From Candidatus Omnitrophota bacterium (GTDB lineage: Bacteria > Omnitrophota > Gorgyraeia > Gygaellales > Gygaellaceae), in the NCBI GenBank assembly GCA_018400015.1, contig JAGYNB010000001.1, positions 70,815 through 134,814 on the forward strand: 64,000 bases of DNA, read 5' to 3'. The notes beneath the pieces were generated by a model. The model did no database searches. It saw nothing but the letters and a program-made list of their open reading frames with translations, and was not told the DNA's origin. The position numbers were made by a program, and so were the translations under genes. This document shows, piece by piece, positions 9,682 to 20,056 of the stretch (within the stretch, counting starts at the first letter, position 1; each line of letters starts with the position of its first letter).

Positions 9682-11244
9682 ATGCAAAGAATAAAAAGAG
9701 CATTAATCAGTGTTTACGATAAGACCGGTATAGTTGAATTTGCAAAAGGCTTGGTTGAGCTTGGGGTGGAGATAGTTTCAACAGGGGGAACGGCCAAGAT
9801 ATTAAATCAAGCCGGAATCAAAATAGTTGAGATTTCCGACTATACATCTTTTCCGGAAATGCTTGACGGAAGAGTAAAGACCTTGCATCCTAAGATCTAT
9901 GCAGGGTTACTTGCCGTAAGAGACAACACAGAGCATTTAACACAGCTTGAAAGACAAGGAATCGGTTTTATTGATATGGTGGTGGTGAATTTGTATCCTT
10001 TTGTTAAGACCCTTGCAAAAAAAGGTGTTAGCGAAGATGAAATAATCGAGAATATCGATATAGGCGGTCCATGTATGTTAAGAGCGGCAGCCAAGAATTA
10101 CGCTTCGGTTGCAGTTGTAAGTGATTGGCGTAGGTATAAGGGAATACTTAACGAACTAAAAACTAATGGTTGTAGGTTGCCGATTGGGACTTTAACTTGC
10201 TTAGCATGTGAAACATTTCAGTTAACTAAAAGCTACGATCAGGCTATTTTTGATTACTTTACTTCGAAAACAAAAGAAGATAAAGATGTTTTCCCTCAGC
10301 AGATCAATCTTGTGCTTAAGAAAGTAAGAGATTTGCGCTATGGGGAAAATCCGCATCAGAAGGCATCGGTTTATTCGTCTATAGACAAGACTCGCAGTCT
10401 ATTTGATGCAAAGCAGTTACACGGCAAAGAACTTTCTTTTAATAATATTCTTGATTTATCAAGCGCAATAGGGCTCTTGAGGGAGTTTGAAAAACCAGCA
10501 GCAGTTGTGTTAAAGCATAATAATGCCTGTGGATCCGCAGAGGATAAGCTTTTACATAGAGCATATCTTCATGCATGGGGTTGCGATAAATTATCTGCCT
10601 TTGGAGGCGTAGTTGGTTTTAACCGAAAAGTTGATTTTAATACAGCGAGGTTTATTTCTCAAAGCGGATTCCTGGAATGCATTATTGCTCCCGGATTTGA
10701 TAAAAAAGCGTTAGCAATATTGACAAAGAAGAAAAACCTAAGAATTATAGAGTTGAGCGAAAAGTTTTTGTTTTCTAAAGATAAAGATTTTGATATGCGT
10801 AGTGTATCCGGTGCATATTTGGTGCAGGAAAAAGACAATATAGACATAATAAAAGGTTCTTTAAAAGTGGTTACCAAGTGTAAACCTACTAAGGTTCAGA
10901 TGGAATCATTATTATTTGCCTGGAAGGTAGTAAAGCACATAAAATCCAATGCTATCGTCTTGGCCAAAGGAACAAAAACTGTTGGCATAGGCGCAGGACA
11001 AATGAGCAGAGTGGAATCAGTTGATATTGCCTGTAAGAAAGCAGGTAAAGTGAATACTAAGAATTCCTGCCTTGCGTCCGATGCATTTTTCCCAAAGGAA
11101 GATTCGATAAAAAAAGCTGCCCGCGCAGGAATAAAAGCGATAATTCAGCCAGGCGGTTCCATTGCTGATAAAATCATTATAGATTCGTGTGACAGGCATA
11201 AGATTGCCATGGTTTTTACCAACATAAGGCATTTTCGTCATTAA
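9682..11244 (+). CDS. purH: Bifunctional AICAR transformylase/IMP cyclohydrolase
   Basis: RALISVYDKTG, GRVKTLHP, IDIGG, LRYGENPHQ, ASDAFF, RHFRH. Confidence 0.98.
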   Translation: MQRIKRALISVYDKTGIVEFAKGLVELGVEIVSTGGTAKILNQAGIKIVEISDYTSFPEMLDGRVKTLHPKIYAGLLAVRDNTEHLTQLERQGIGFIDMVVVNLYPFVKTLAKKGVSEDEIIENIDIGGPCMLRAAAKNYASVAVVSDWRRYKGILNELKTNGCRLPIGTLTCLACETFQLTKSYDQAIFDYFTSKTKEDKDVFPQQINLVLKKVRDLRYGENPHQKASVYSSIDKTRSLFDAKQLHGKELSFNNILDLSSAIGLLREFEKPAAVVLKHNNACGSAEDKLLHRAYLHAWGCDKLSAFGGVVGFNRKVDFNTARFISQSGFLECIIAPGFDKKALAILTKKKNLRIIELSEKFLFSKDKDFDMRSVSGAYLVQEKDNIDIIKGSLKVVTKCKPTKVQMESLLFAWKVVKHIKSNAIVLAKGTKTVGIGAGQMSRVESVDIACKKAGKVNTKNSCLASDAFFPKEDSIKKAARAGIKAIIQPGGSIADKIIIDSCDRHKIAMVFTNIRHFRH

Positions 11245-11262
11245 TTATTTCTGCTGTTAACA

Positions 11263-12579
11263 ATGACCTACCGAGACAGCCTTCTATATTTTAATACATT
11301 TATAAATTACGAAAGAATTTTAATCCGTAAGAAAAAAGTTCCTTATAAACTTCAACGCTTCAGGGAATTTCTAGTTTTTTTAGGCAATCCCCAAGAAAGT
11401 TTATGTTTCATTCATGTTGCCGGTTCAAAAGGTAAAGGTTCGGTTTGCGCTTTTGTCGCTAATATTTTGCAAAACGCAGGTTTTAAAACTGGGCTTTATA
11501 CCTCTCCGCATTTAGTAGATATAAGAGAAAGGATAAGAATACTAATTCCTGGAGAAAACGATATCAACGATCCTTTTAACGGCATAATCAGAAAAAAGGA
11601 ATTTGTAGATTTGATAGGTTCGCTTAAACCTAAAATAGAGCGGTTTTGCGCAAGTTGCAAATACGGAAGGATTTCATTCTTCGAGCTTCTTACAGCAATG
11701 GCTTTTATTTATTTTAAACAAAAAAATGTCGATTTTGCGGTTATTGAAACAGGCTTAGGCGGAAGGCTTGATGCTACGAATATAATTAAACCGTTTGTTA
11801 GCGTGATTACCCCGATTAGCTATGAGCACACGAATATATTAGGAAAGACATTAGAGAAAATCGCAGCTGAAAAATCAGCGATAATCAAAAATAGATCATT
11901 TGCTGTATGTGTTGATAAACCAAAAAAGGCATTAACAATTATAAAACAAAGATGTAAAAAGATGTATTCAAGATTGATTATTGTAAATAAGGATATTTTG
12001 TTCAAAGGTAAAACAGATAACTTTTATATAGAGGGAACATTGCGTAGTTATAAAAATCTAAAGATTCGGCTTTTGGGTAATCATCAGCTTGTTAATGCTA
12101 GTTTGTCCGTTGGCGCAATAGAATTTCTTATTGGGCAAGGAGTTAATATTAGTCTTGATAACATAAGAAGAGGTTTATATAATACTATTTGGCCCGGCAG
12201 GTGCGAAATTATACAAGAAAAACCCAAAGTTGTTTTAGACGGAGCACAAAATTCCGCTTCGGTTAAGGCACTGGTAAATACCATCCATGAAAATTATAAG
12301 TTTTCTCAAGTTATACTTGTATTGGGGATTTCGCTTGATAAAGATATTGTCGGTATATGCAGATGTTTAGATAAGATAGCTGATAAAATAATTTTGACTT
12401 GTGCGGATAACCCTAGAGCAACGCCGCCAAAAGAATTAGAGAAGTATTTTAATAAAAAAGAAGTATTCTTAACTGCTAATGTAAAACAGGCGCGTAAAAT
12501 AGCCTTAGAACTGGCTAAGCCTAAGGATTTGGTTTTGGTTACCGGTTCATTATTTGTTGTAGGTGAATACAGAAAATGA
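11263..12579 (+). CDS. folC: Folylpolyglutamate synthase/dihydrofolate synthase
   Basis: HVAGSKGKGS, YTSPHL, ETGLGGRLDATN, WPGR, TGSLFVVG. Confidence 0.95.
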   Translation: MTYRDSLLYFNTFINYERILIRKKKVPYKLQRFREFLVFLGNPQESLCFIHVAGSKGKGSVCAFVANILQNAGFKTGLYTSPHLVDIRERIRILIPGENDINDPFNGIIRKKEFVDLIGSLKPKIERFCASCKYGRISFFELLTAMAFIYFKQKNVDFAVIETGLGGRLDATNIIKPFVSVITPISYEHTNILGKTLEKIAAEKSAIIKNRSFAVCVDKPKKALTIIKQRCKKMYSRLIIVNKDILFKGKTDNFYIEGTLRSYKNLKIRLLGNHQLVNASLSVGAIEFLIGQGVNISLDNIRRGLYNTIWPGRCEIIQEKPKVVLDGAQNSASVKALVNTIHENYKFSQVILVLGISLDKDIVGICRCLDKIADKIILTCADNPRATPPKELEKYFNKKEVFLTANVKQARKIALELAKPKDLVLVTGSLFVVGEYRK

Positions 12580-13964
12580 AAAAAACTCAACAGACTATAG
12601 CTGCGATTTCCACCTCAACCGTTGCTTCTGGGGTTGGCATCGTGCGTATTAGCGGCCCTAAAGCCTTTAGCGTTGCCGCTAAGATATTTTTTCCTAGCAA
12701 AAAAGAAAAATTCGCTAAACTAAAAACACATACGATTAACCACGGCTGGATTATTGATAAGCTAAATAATAAATACCAGCGGATTGATGAGGTTATGGTT
12801 ATTAAAATGGACGCACCCAATACTTATACAAAAGAAGATACGGTGGAGATCGATTGTCACGGTGGGATTGTGGTTTTGCGCAAAGTATTAGAATTAGCAC
12901 TTAAATATGGCTGTCGCATGGCTGAGCCAGGAGAGTTTACTAAAAGAGCATTTTTAAATGGTAGAATCGATTTAGCCCAGGCAGAAGCGGTTATCGATAT
13001 TATTAAAGCAAAGACAGATAAGGCATTAGGTATTAGTACGCAGCAGCTAAAGGGGGAGCTGTCAAAAGAAATCCGTGCAATCAGAAATATCTTTCTTGAA
13101 GTAATTACTTTTTTTGAAGCAAATATTGATTTTCCCGATGAAGAAATCGGCCGGCTGAATCTTTCCGAGATAGAGAGGTTATTAACAAAGGCTTATTTGA
13201 AGGTCAAGAATCTGATTGATTCTTCCGTTAGAGGTAAAGTTTTAAGAGAAGGTATTCATGTAGTTATTTGCGGTAGGCCAAATGTGGGAAAATCATCTTT
13301 ATTAAATGCATTATTAAAACAGGAACGTTGTATTGTAACTCATATTCCCGGAACAACCAGGGATACGGTTGAAGAGATAATCGATATTAAAGGAGTCCCT
13401 GTAAGAATTGTAGATACCGCAGGTATTCTTGAGCCAAAAGATCTTGTAGAGAAAAAAGCTATTCAACGTTCCAGAGAGCAGATTGATCTGGCTGATCTGG
13501 TAATTTTAATGTTTGATGCAAATAAAAAGCTTTCTTGCGGCGATAAATTGCTTATCCATAGATTAAAGAATAAAAATTGCCTGGCGGTAGTAAATAAAAT
13601 TGACTTAAAAAGAAATATCAATATTGATTTTATTAAAAGTGAATTTAAACATGTTATCGAAATTTCTGCAAAGCAGGTTAAAAACATAAATCTTTTAGAA
13701 AAAGAAATCGTTAAGTTTGCATATGGCGAGAATAGAAATAACGAGGAAAATGTTCTTATTAGCAATAAAAGACATATAGAAAAAATTAATAATTCTTTTG
13801 TTTTGTTGGAGGATGCGATTAGTTATGTAAAATCAGCTGGTAATCCCGAATTAGTCGCACAAAATTTAAAAGAAGCTTTGGGCTGTTTGGATGATATAAT
13901 AGGTGAAAGGTTCTCAGAAGAGATTTTAGATAGAATATTTAGTGAGTTTTGTATAGGAAAATAA
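12576..13964 (+). CDS. mnmE: tRNA modification GTPase
   Basis: TIAAIST, PGEFTKRAFLNG, GRPNVGKSS, PGTTRD, C-terminal FCIGK. Confidence 0.98.
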   Translation: MKKTQQTIAAISTSTVASGVGIVRISGPKAFSVAAKIFFPSKKEKFAKLKTHTINHGWIIDKLNNKYQRIDEVMVIKMDAPNTYTKEDTVEIDCHGGIVVLRKVLELALKYGCRMAEPGEFTKRAFLNGRIDLAQAEAVIDIIKAKTDKALGISTQQLKGELSKEIRAIRNIFLEVITFFEANIDFPDEEIGRLNLSEIERLLTKAYLKVKNLIDSSVRGKVLREGIHVVICGRPNVGKSSLLNALLKQERCIVTHIPGTTRDTVEEIIDIKGVPVRIVDTAGILEPKDLVEKKAIQRSREQIDLADLVILMFDANKKLSCGDKLLIHRLKNKNCLAVVNKIDLKRNINIDFIKSEFKHVIEISAKQVKNINLLEKEIVKFAYGENRNNEENVLISNKRHIEKINNSFVLLEDAISYVKSAGNPELVAQNLKEALGCLDDIIGERFSEEILDRIFSEFCIGK

Positions 13965-13976
13965 TCTAGGAGAGTC

Positions 13977-14537
13977 ATGATTCAGAAGAAAAAAATAGAA
14001 AAAGCTGTAAGAGAAATTCTTAGTGCAATCGGAGAAAATCCAAAAAGAAAGGATTTATTGAAAACGCCTGAACGTGTAGCTCTGATGTATGAGGAGATTT
14101 TCTCGGGAATTAAAAAAGATCCCAAAAAAGAGCTAGAGGTATTATTGGATCAGAAACATGACGAGATAGTTCTTTTAAAGAATATTCCTATATATTCAGT
14201 ATGTGAGCATCATCTTCTGCCTTTTTTCGGCAAAGCAAATATTGCCTATATCCCTAAACAAGGAAGAGTAACTGGATTAAGTAAACTTGCGCGTGTAGTA
14301 GATATACTCTGCAGTAGGCCACAGGTACAGGAACGTCTTACAACCCAGGTTGCCGATATAATTATGGATAAACTTAAGCCTTTGGGAGTGATGGTTGTTA
14401 TTGAAGCAGAGCATTTGTGTATGTCCATGAGGGGGGTCAAGAAGCCCGGGACGTGTACGGTTACGTCCGCTGTTCGGGGGGTTTTTAAGAAAAATGAGAA
14501 AACTCGCTTTGAAACCCTTTCTTTGATCGGAAAATGA
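13977..14537 (+). CDS. folE: GTP cyclohydrolase I
   Basis: [31 protein letters not shown]. Confidence 0.98.
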   Translation: MIQKKKIEKAVREILSAIGENPKRKDLLKTPERVALMYEEIFSGIKKDPKKELEVLLDQKHDEIVLLKNIPIYSVCEHHLLPFFGKANIAYIPKQGRVTGLSKLARVVDILCSRPQVQERLTTQVADIIMDKLKPLGVMVVIEAEHLCMSMRGVKKPGTCTVTSAVRGVFKKNEKTRFETLSLIGK

Positions 14538-14926
14538 TTAAAAAGATAATTGAACACAAACGCATAAAGCCCCTTTTAAAAAGCTTTATTTTCGCTTTTA
14601 ACGGTTTAAAACATATTTTTAAAAACCACCGTAATGCAAGAATCATTTTAATTGTCGGTATTCTTGTTTTGATTTCTGGAATATATTTAAGGTTATCAAG
14701 AATCGAGATGGCGATAATCGTTGTAGTGTGCGGTATGGTATTAATTGGCGAGATATTTAATACTATGGTAGAAGATATAACCAATCTTATTACGGATAGC
14801 AAGTTCCATCCTATCGCCGAAACTGTTAAGGATATGTCAGCAGCAGCTGTTTTATTGGCGAGCGTTCTTAGCGTTCTAATAGGGATAATAATATTTATTC
14901 CCAGAATAATTGTTTTATGGCATTGA
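14534..14926 (+). CDS. dgkA: Diacylglycerol/undecaprenol kinase family
   Basis: [22 protein letters not shown]; three hydrophobic helices. Confidence 0.88.
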   Translation: MIKKIIEHKRIKPLLKSFIFAFNGLKHIFKNHRNARIILIVGILVLISGIYLRLSRIEMAIIVVVCGMVLIGEIFNTMVEDITNLITDSKFHPIAETVKDMSAAAVLLASVLSVLIGIIIFIPRIIVLWH

Positions 14927-16461
14927 GAAAGCACACAATCGTAACAATCCTGGCTATATTTTTATTGGGTTGGTTTGTATATATCAACAACCTTAATAAT
15001 GCCTTTGTTTATGATGATTATCTTCTTGTGGTGGATAACCCGGCAGTAAAATCCTTCAAGCATTTAGGCAATATCTTTAAGCACGATTTATATTATTATG
15101 TAAGTAAAAGCAATTTTTACCGTCCGATAGTTTCTTTAAGTCTCATGTTCGATTTTGCTTTTTGGAAATATAATTTCCGAGGGTATCATTTGACCAACAA
15201 CTTGCTGCATATTTTAAATGCGCTAATTTTATTTTTTATCATCAGTAAAGTGTTTCGTAACGATGTCTTAGGCCTGATTACCACAGTGCTTTTTTTAGTT
15301 CATCCTTTGCATACCCAGGCAGTTACCTATATATCCGGTAGGGCGGATCTACTTTATGTTTTTTTTGGCATGGTTTCTTTAGCGGTTTTTATCCGGGCCT
15401 GCCAGTTAAAGTCGCTTGCTTTGCCTGTTGTGTCATATTTTTGCTTTATGTTGTCTTTATTGAGTAAAGAAACAGCGCTGGTATTTCCTTTCCTTATCTT
15501 ATTGATAATGCTTACTTTTTATAAAGAATATTTTAGTTTTAAAAAATACAGTATATTTTTGGTAATCACAGCTGTCTATTTTATTGTTAGGCTGACTTTT
15601 TTAAAAGACATACTGCATAATCCTCAGCCGGTGAGCTTTCCTGTTATTGTCAGGTTATTAAATATGCCTAAAGTGATAATTACTTATTTTTTATTGTTGA
15701 TTTTTCCTGTGGGTTTACATATAGATCGTAGTTTCAATATCAGTTCCGCTTTCCTGGAAAAGTTTAGTTTTAAATTATCCCCATTTTCACTCAATGTAGT
15801 AGGTATTGATTATCAACTTTTTATTAGCTGGATTATAATGCTATTATTCATAGCGTTGTTAATCAGGATCAGAAAGAAAGATAAGCTTATTTTATTTTCA
15901 AGTCTATGGTTTTTTGTTGCTTTTTTGCCTATATCAGGAGTATTTGCTTTAAATGCTATGATTGCCGAACACTGGACTTATCTTCCCAGCATAGGCTTTT
16001 TCTTGATTGTTGCAGCATTGATTTATAGGTTGAAATCTACGTATTTCTTGAAATATTTTTCTTTGGTCGTTTTTTGCGTTATCGTTATAAGCTACTCCAT
16101 GTTGACGATAAAACGTAATAGGGACTGGAAGGATGAAGTATCTCTTTATACGAGTACACTTTTTTCTTTAAATGGAAGAGGAAGCCCCAGGCTTTATTAT
16201 AATTTAGGATGTGCTTATCTTGATAAAGGTATGGTTAATGAGGCAATCGCGCAATATGAAAAGGCAATATCTTTAAATCCGAGGAGAAAGTTGCTTTATT
16301 ACTATAGCTTGTCCCTGGCATATTTGGCGAAGAAAGATTACGCCAGCGCTATAAAAAACCTTGAAACTGTGCTAACGATGCAACCAGAGAATATCAACGA
16401 GATTAATTTACTGAAAAATGCCAAAGATTTTTTAAAAAAACTAAAATCAAAAAATAAATGA
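14917..16461 (+). CDS. GT-C membrane glycosyltransferase with TPRs (TMTC-like)
   Basis: FVYDD, YRP, YHLTN.LLH, HPLHTQAV.YISGR, SKE, AEHWTYLP, RNRDW, then TPR repeats. Confidence 0.85.
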   Translation: MALRKHTIVTILAIFLLGWFVYINNLNNAFVYDDYLLVVDNPAVKSFKHLGNIFKHDLYYYVSKSNFYRPIVSLSLMFDFAFWKYNFRGYHLTNNLLHILNALILFFIISKVFRNDVLGLITTVLFLVHPLHTQAVTYISGRADLLYVFFGMVSLAVFIRACQLKSLALPVVSYFCFMLSLLSKETALVFPFLILLIMLTFYKEYFSFKKYSIFLVITAVYFIVRLTFLKDILHNPQPVSFPVIVRLLNMPKVIITYFLLLIFPVGLHIDRSFNISSAFLEKFSFKLSPFSLNVVGIDYQLFISWIIMLLFIALLIRIRKKDKLILFSSLWFFVAFLPISGVFALNAMIAEHWTYLPSIGFFLIVAALIYRLKSTYFLKYFSLVVFCVIVISYSMLTIKRNRDWKDEVSLYTSTLFSLNGRGSPRLYYNLGCAYLDKGMVNEAIAQYEKAISLNPRRKLLYYYSLSLAYLAKKDYASAIKNLETVLTMQPENINEINLLKNAKDFLKKLKSKNK

Positions 16462-16934
16462 AAAGAATATTTGTTATAGCGTTAATAATATTTTTATCAG
16501 GCTGCGCAGCCTATAAATACGAAATAAGTCCGAAGGCATATAATAAGGGTTTTGTTGTTAGGCGTCATGGACTGCTTATTCCCGAGTATACTATTGATGA
16601 GCAAGAGAACGCTCCCAAAGATAAGCAGCTCGCCTCAAGAAGGTTTAAAAGAAGAAAAGATATTGTGAACTACTATTATAAACAGATGGGGTTAATTTAT
16701 AATGATGCTATGACACGCACAGCTGATTTTGGCAACATGATGACTGGGATTTTTAAACTTCCCAAAGCAGCTATGGAAAATGCTAAATATGAAACAGATC
16801 CTGAATATAAAGCACGCGCAGATAAGGAAATGTTTGATCAAGAAGCAAAAACTATTGAAAGAAGGCAGGATCTGAGAGAGAAATTAGGTGAATACATAAA
16901 ACGGGATATGGAGTTTGAGAAAAATCTGGAGTAG
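16458..16934 (+). CDS. Hypothetical lipoprotein
   Basis: Lipobox LSGC after a hydrophobic leader; overlaps the upstream stop codon. Confidence 0.7.
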   Translation: MKRIFVIALIIFLSGCAAYKYEISPKAYNKGFVVRRHGLLIPEYTIDEQENAPKDKQLASRRFKRRKDIVNYYYKQMGLIYNDAMTRTADFGNMMTGIFKLPKAAMENAKYETDPEYKARADKEMFDQEAKTIERRQDLREKLGEYIKRDMEFEKNLE

Positions 16935-16939
16935 CGGAT

Positions 16940-17629
16940 ATGGATTTTATGAATAAACTAATAACGATAGTTGAAGATGAAAAAGATATAGCTGAACTTG
17001 TTTCATTGCATTTAGAAAAGTCAGGGTTTAAAACAAGAACTTTTAATGAGGCAGCTAGGTTTTGGTGCTTTGCAGAAAAAAATACTCCTGCTTTGGTAGT
17101 TCTTGATCTCATGCTTCCTGACGCAGACGGAATAGATGTTTGTAAGGAAATTAAGAAAAATTCAAGACTATCTTTTGTGCCCGTTATAATACTTACTGCC
17201 AAATCAGAGGAAACAGATAAAATTCTTGGGCTTGAGCTCGGAGCAGATGATTATGTAACCAAGCCTTTTTCTCCTAAAGAGTTAGTGGCAAGAGTAAAAG
17301 CAGTTTTAAGAAGGCAAAAAACTAAGCTTGAAACTAAACAGTTATATACGGACAAGGCACTAATGATTGATTTGGACAAGTGCGAGGTTTATATTAATAA
17401 AAAAAGAATCGATCTTACTTCTACTGAATTTAAATTGCTTAAGATCTTGGTCGAAAAGAAAGGTTGGGTAATCTCCAGGCAGAAGCTTCTTGATTATCTC
17501 TGGGGTACGGAAAAAGCTGTTCTTGATAGGACAATAGACGTTCATATAAAGAATCTCAGGGGCAAGCTTGGCAAAGTCGCAGATTCTATAAAAAATATCC
17601 GGGGAATGGGGTATAAATTTGAAGAATAA
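16940..17629 (+). CDS. phoB: OmpR-family response regulator (PhoB/PhoP)
   Basis: VEDE, LDLMLP, GADDYVTKPF, RTIDVHIKNLR; lies upstream of the pst operon. Confidence 0.88.
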   Translation: MDFMNKLITIVEDEKDIAELVSLHLEKSGFKTRTFNEAARFWCFAEKNTPALVVLDLMLPDADGIDVCKEIKKNSRLSFVPVIILTAKSEETDKILGLELGADDYVTKPFSPKELVARVKAVLRRQKTKLETKQLYTDKALMIDLDKCEVYINKKRIDLTSTEFKLLKILVEKKGWVISRQKLLDYLWGTEKAVLDRTIDVHIKNLRGKLGKVADSIKNIRGMGYKFEE

Positions 17630-19358
17630 AAAATCGATATTTATTAAGATCTTCGGCGGTTATTTTTTGATTAGTTTGTTGCTGCTTTTTTCTTCTTTTA
17701 TACTTTCTTTTAATCTCAACAAGTCGTTTTATATTCATAATCTTACCAGCCAATTGGAAAATATAGGTATTGGCATATCAGGTCAGGTTATCGGTTTAGT
17801 CACTGCAAACAATAACCAAGAATTGAATGAATTGGTTAATGCTTTAGGTAGAGAAATCGAGACAAGAATTACCGTTATTGACAAAGACGGAGTGGTCTTG
17901 GCTGATTCCGAGTACAATAGCGGACTTATGGAAAATCATAATGACAGGTCGGAAATCATTATGGCTAAGAAAAACGGTTTTGGCAAAACGATAAGGTTTA
18001 GCGAAACAGTACAAAAAAATATGCTTTATGTTGCCTTGCCTTTAATTAATAATAAGCAAAGTATAGGAATATTAAGATTAAGTCTTTTTTTAAGCGAAAT
18101 TAACATCCTAATAAATCAATTAAGAGATAATATCGTTAAAGGTTTGATCGTTGCGTTATTATTATCGTTATTATTCGCCTATTTTATATCCAGAGGAATT
18201 TATAATCCCTTAAAGAAAATAAATATGGCGGCAAAAGATGTTGCATCTGGAAATCTTAAGGCAAAAGTTCTTTTAAAGAGTAAAGACGAGTTAGGAGAGC
18301 TATCTGAAAACTTTAATTATATGACTGAACGCATGGAGAGTCTTTTTAAAGAGCTTTCTTATCGTAAGGAGGAGCTGGATAGAATAATTACGTTTACTCC
18401 AGTTGGTTTGTTGGTGCTCGACGTGCAAGGCAGAATTTTATATAGTAACGATAAAGTAGAACATATTTGCGGCATGAGTGAAGTAAAAGGTTCGTATTTT
18501 TGGGAATTACTGCGTTCGAATAGGCTTACAGAGTTAGTAGAGAAGCTCCGTAAAGATAAAAGTAATTTTACCGAAGAAATAAATGTTGGGGCAAGGATAT
18601 TGTTGTGCAGCGGAAGTTATATTTCTGTTAAAAACGAAGTAGTTTTAAGCCTTTCCGATATTACCAAGATTAAAAATCTCGAGCTTATTAAAAAGGATTT
18701 CGTAGTCAATGTTTCTCATGAATTAAGGACTCCGCTTACAGCCATAAAGGGTTTCACGGAAACATTGCTTGAAATGCAGACTAAAGACAAGAATAAGCAT
18801 TACCTAGAAATAATCGCAAATCATACGGATAGGCTTATTAGTATTGTTAATGATTTGCTGGTATTATCTCAACTGGAAAACAAAGACGATATATTAGAAA
18901 AGGAAGATATTGACTTGAGATTGTTATTTGGCGATATTATTAAAATTTTTTCGAAGAAAATTAATGATAAGAATCTGGAATATAATATTAAATTAAACGG
19001 CAGCGATTTTACAATTAATGCCGATAAGTTTAAAATCGAACAGCTTTTCATTAATTTATTAGATAATGCAATTAAATATACCAATAAAGGAAGCATCGTA
19101 GTAGATATAGAAAGTTTAAAAGATTCTTTAGATGTTAAGATTATCGATTCTGGAATTGGTATTCCTCAAGAGAATTTGGAAAGAATCTTCGAAAGATTTT
19201 ATGTTGTTAATAAGTCACGTTCGAGAAAAGTAGGCGGTACAGGTTTAGGTTTGTCTATTGTAAAGCACATCGTTAATCTCCATAACGGTGTTATCGCTGT
19301 CGAAAGCTCTCCTGATAAGGGTTCAGTATTCAAAATTACCCTTCCTAAACGGGTCTAA
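17619..19358 (+). CDS. phoR: Sensor histidine kinase PhoR (HAMP/PAS)
   Basis: MENH.DR.E periplasmic motif, HAMP, NVSHELRTPLT, NLLDNAIKY, GGTGLGLSIVKH. Confidence 0.92.
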   Translation: MKNKKSIFIKIFGGYFLISLLLLFSSFILSFNLNKSFYIHNLTSQLENIGIGISGQVIGLVTANNNQELNELVNALGREIETRITVIDKDGVVLADSEYNSGLMENHNDRSEIIMAKKNGFGKTIRFSETVQKNMLYVALPLINNKQSIGILRLSLFLSEINILINQLRDNIVKGLIVALLLSLLFAYFISRGIYNPLKKINMAAKDVASGNLKAKVLLKSKDELGELSENFNYMTERMESLFKELSYRKEELDRIITFTPVGLLVLDVQGRILYSNDKVEHICGMSEVKGSYFWELLRSNRLTELVEKLRKDKSNFTEEINVGARILLCSGSYISVKNEVVLSLSDITKIKNLELIKKDFVVNVSHELRTPLTAIKGFTETLLEMQTKDKNKHYLEIIANHTDRLISIVNDLLVLSQLENKDDILEKEDIDLRLLFGDIIKIFSKKINDKNLEYNIKLNGSDFTINADKFKIEQLFINLLDNAIKYTNKGSIVVDIESLKDSLDVKIIDSGIGIPQENLERIFERFYVVNKSRSRKVGGTGLGLSIVKHIVNLHNGVIAVESSPDKGSVFKITLPKRV

Positions 19359-19442
19359 AATCATAAAAAAATAAATTTTTTTATTTTTTCTTCGCTCTCT
19401 AACCATTTGGTAAACAAATGGTTGCGAATCGTTTTAATATTA

Positions 19443-19496
19443 TTAACCATAAATTAACAATTCCTTTATACATATTTAATACAAATATTTTATACT
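19443..19496 (+). promoter_or_regulatory. Putative Pho-box array and -10 element
   Basis: TTAACC/TTAACA/TTTATA/TTAATA start at 19443, 19454, 19465 and 19476 (11-bp period), followed by TATACT at 19491-19496. Confidence 0.65.
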
Positions 19497-19503
19497 TTCA
19501 GTG

Positions 19504-19692
19504 ATGAAAAAAGAAATTACAAATCACAAGAAAGAGATACTGGTTTCATTCTTGAATAACCAGATCAGGGATTTAAGAGATTTTGTGTTTGCTATCGAAT
19601 CTGAAGACAGCTGGGAAAATGAGGCAATAACTTCATTTTTTAGTAGCAAAACTAAATTAGAAAAAAGTTTATTAAACAATCTCTTAAACTAA
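19504..19692 (+). CDS. Small hypothetical protein
   Basis: ORF of ~62 aa immediately after the Pho-box promoter; no recognisable motif. Confidence 0.5.
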   Translation: MKKEITNHKKEILVSFLNNQIRDLRDFVFAIESEDSWENEAITSFFSSKTKLEKSLLNNLLN

Positions 19693-19702
19693 AGTAAGAA
19701 AA

Positions 19703-20056
19703 ATGATCAATAATCATAATTCAATAAGGCAAGGAGGCAACATATGCGATTTTAAAAAACATTTTTTTAGTTCAACTGGTCTATCTTTTAGAGCAGAAAA
19801 TAAAGAAACTTTTTGGGAAGGAGCATTTCTTAGCAACAATCCCCTAAAAGTGGATTCAGTGCCAGAAAAAGAAGCAGATAATCAAAAAAGCATAATAAAG
19901 ATGATGAATATAATTACTGCGGATTTAATGAAGTCAAAGCAGATAATTGAAGAAGATAATAGTGCTTTTAGGAATTATCTGTTTGCATTATTGGCCAATA
20001 CGGAAGTAAGAATTAGATATTTGATAAAACTTTTAAGAGAAAGAGGAGAAAGATGA
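19703..20056 (+). CDS. Hypothetical protein
   Basis: 117-aa ORF whose stop overlaps the porin start (ATGA). Confidence 0.55.
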   Translation: MINNHNSIRQGGNICDFKKHFFSSTGLSFRAENKETFWEGAFLSNNPLKVDSVPEKEADNQKSIIKMMNIITADLMKSKQIIEEDNSAFRNYLFALLANTEVRIRYLIKLLRERGER

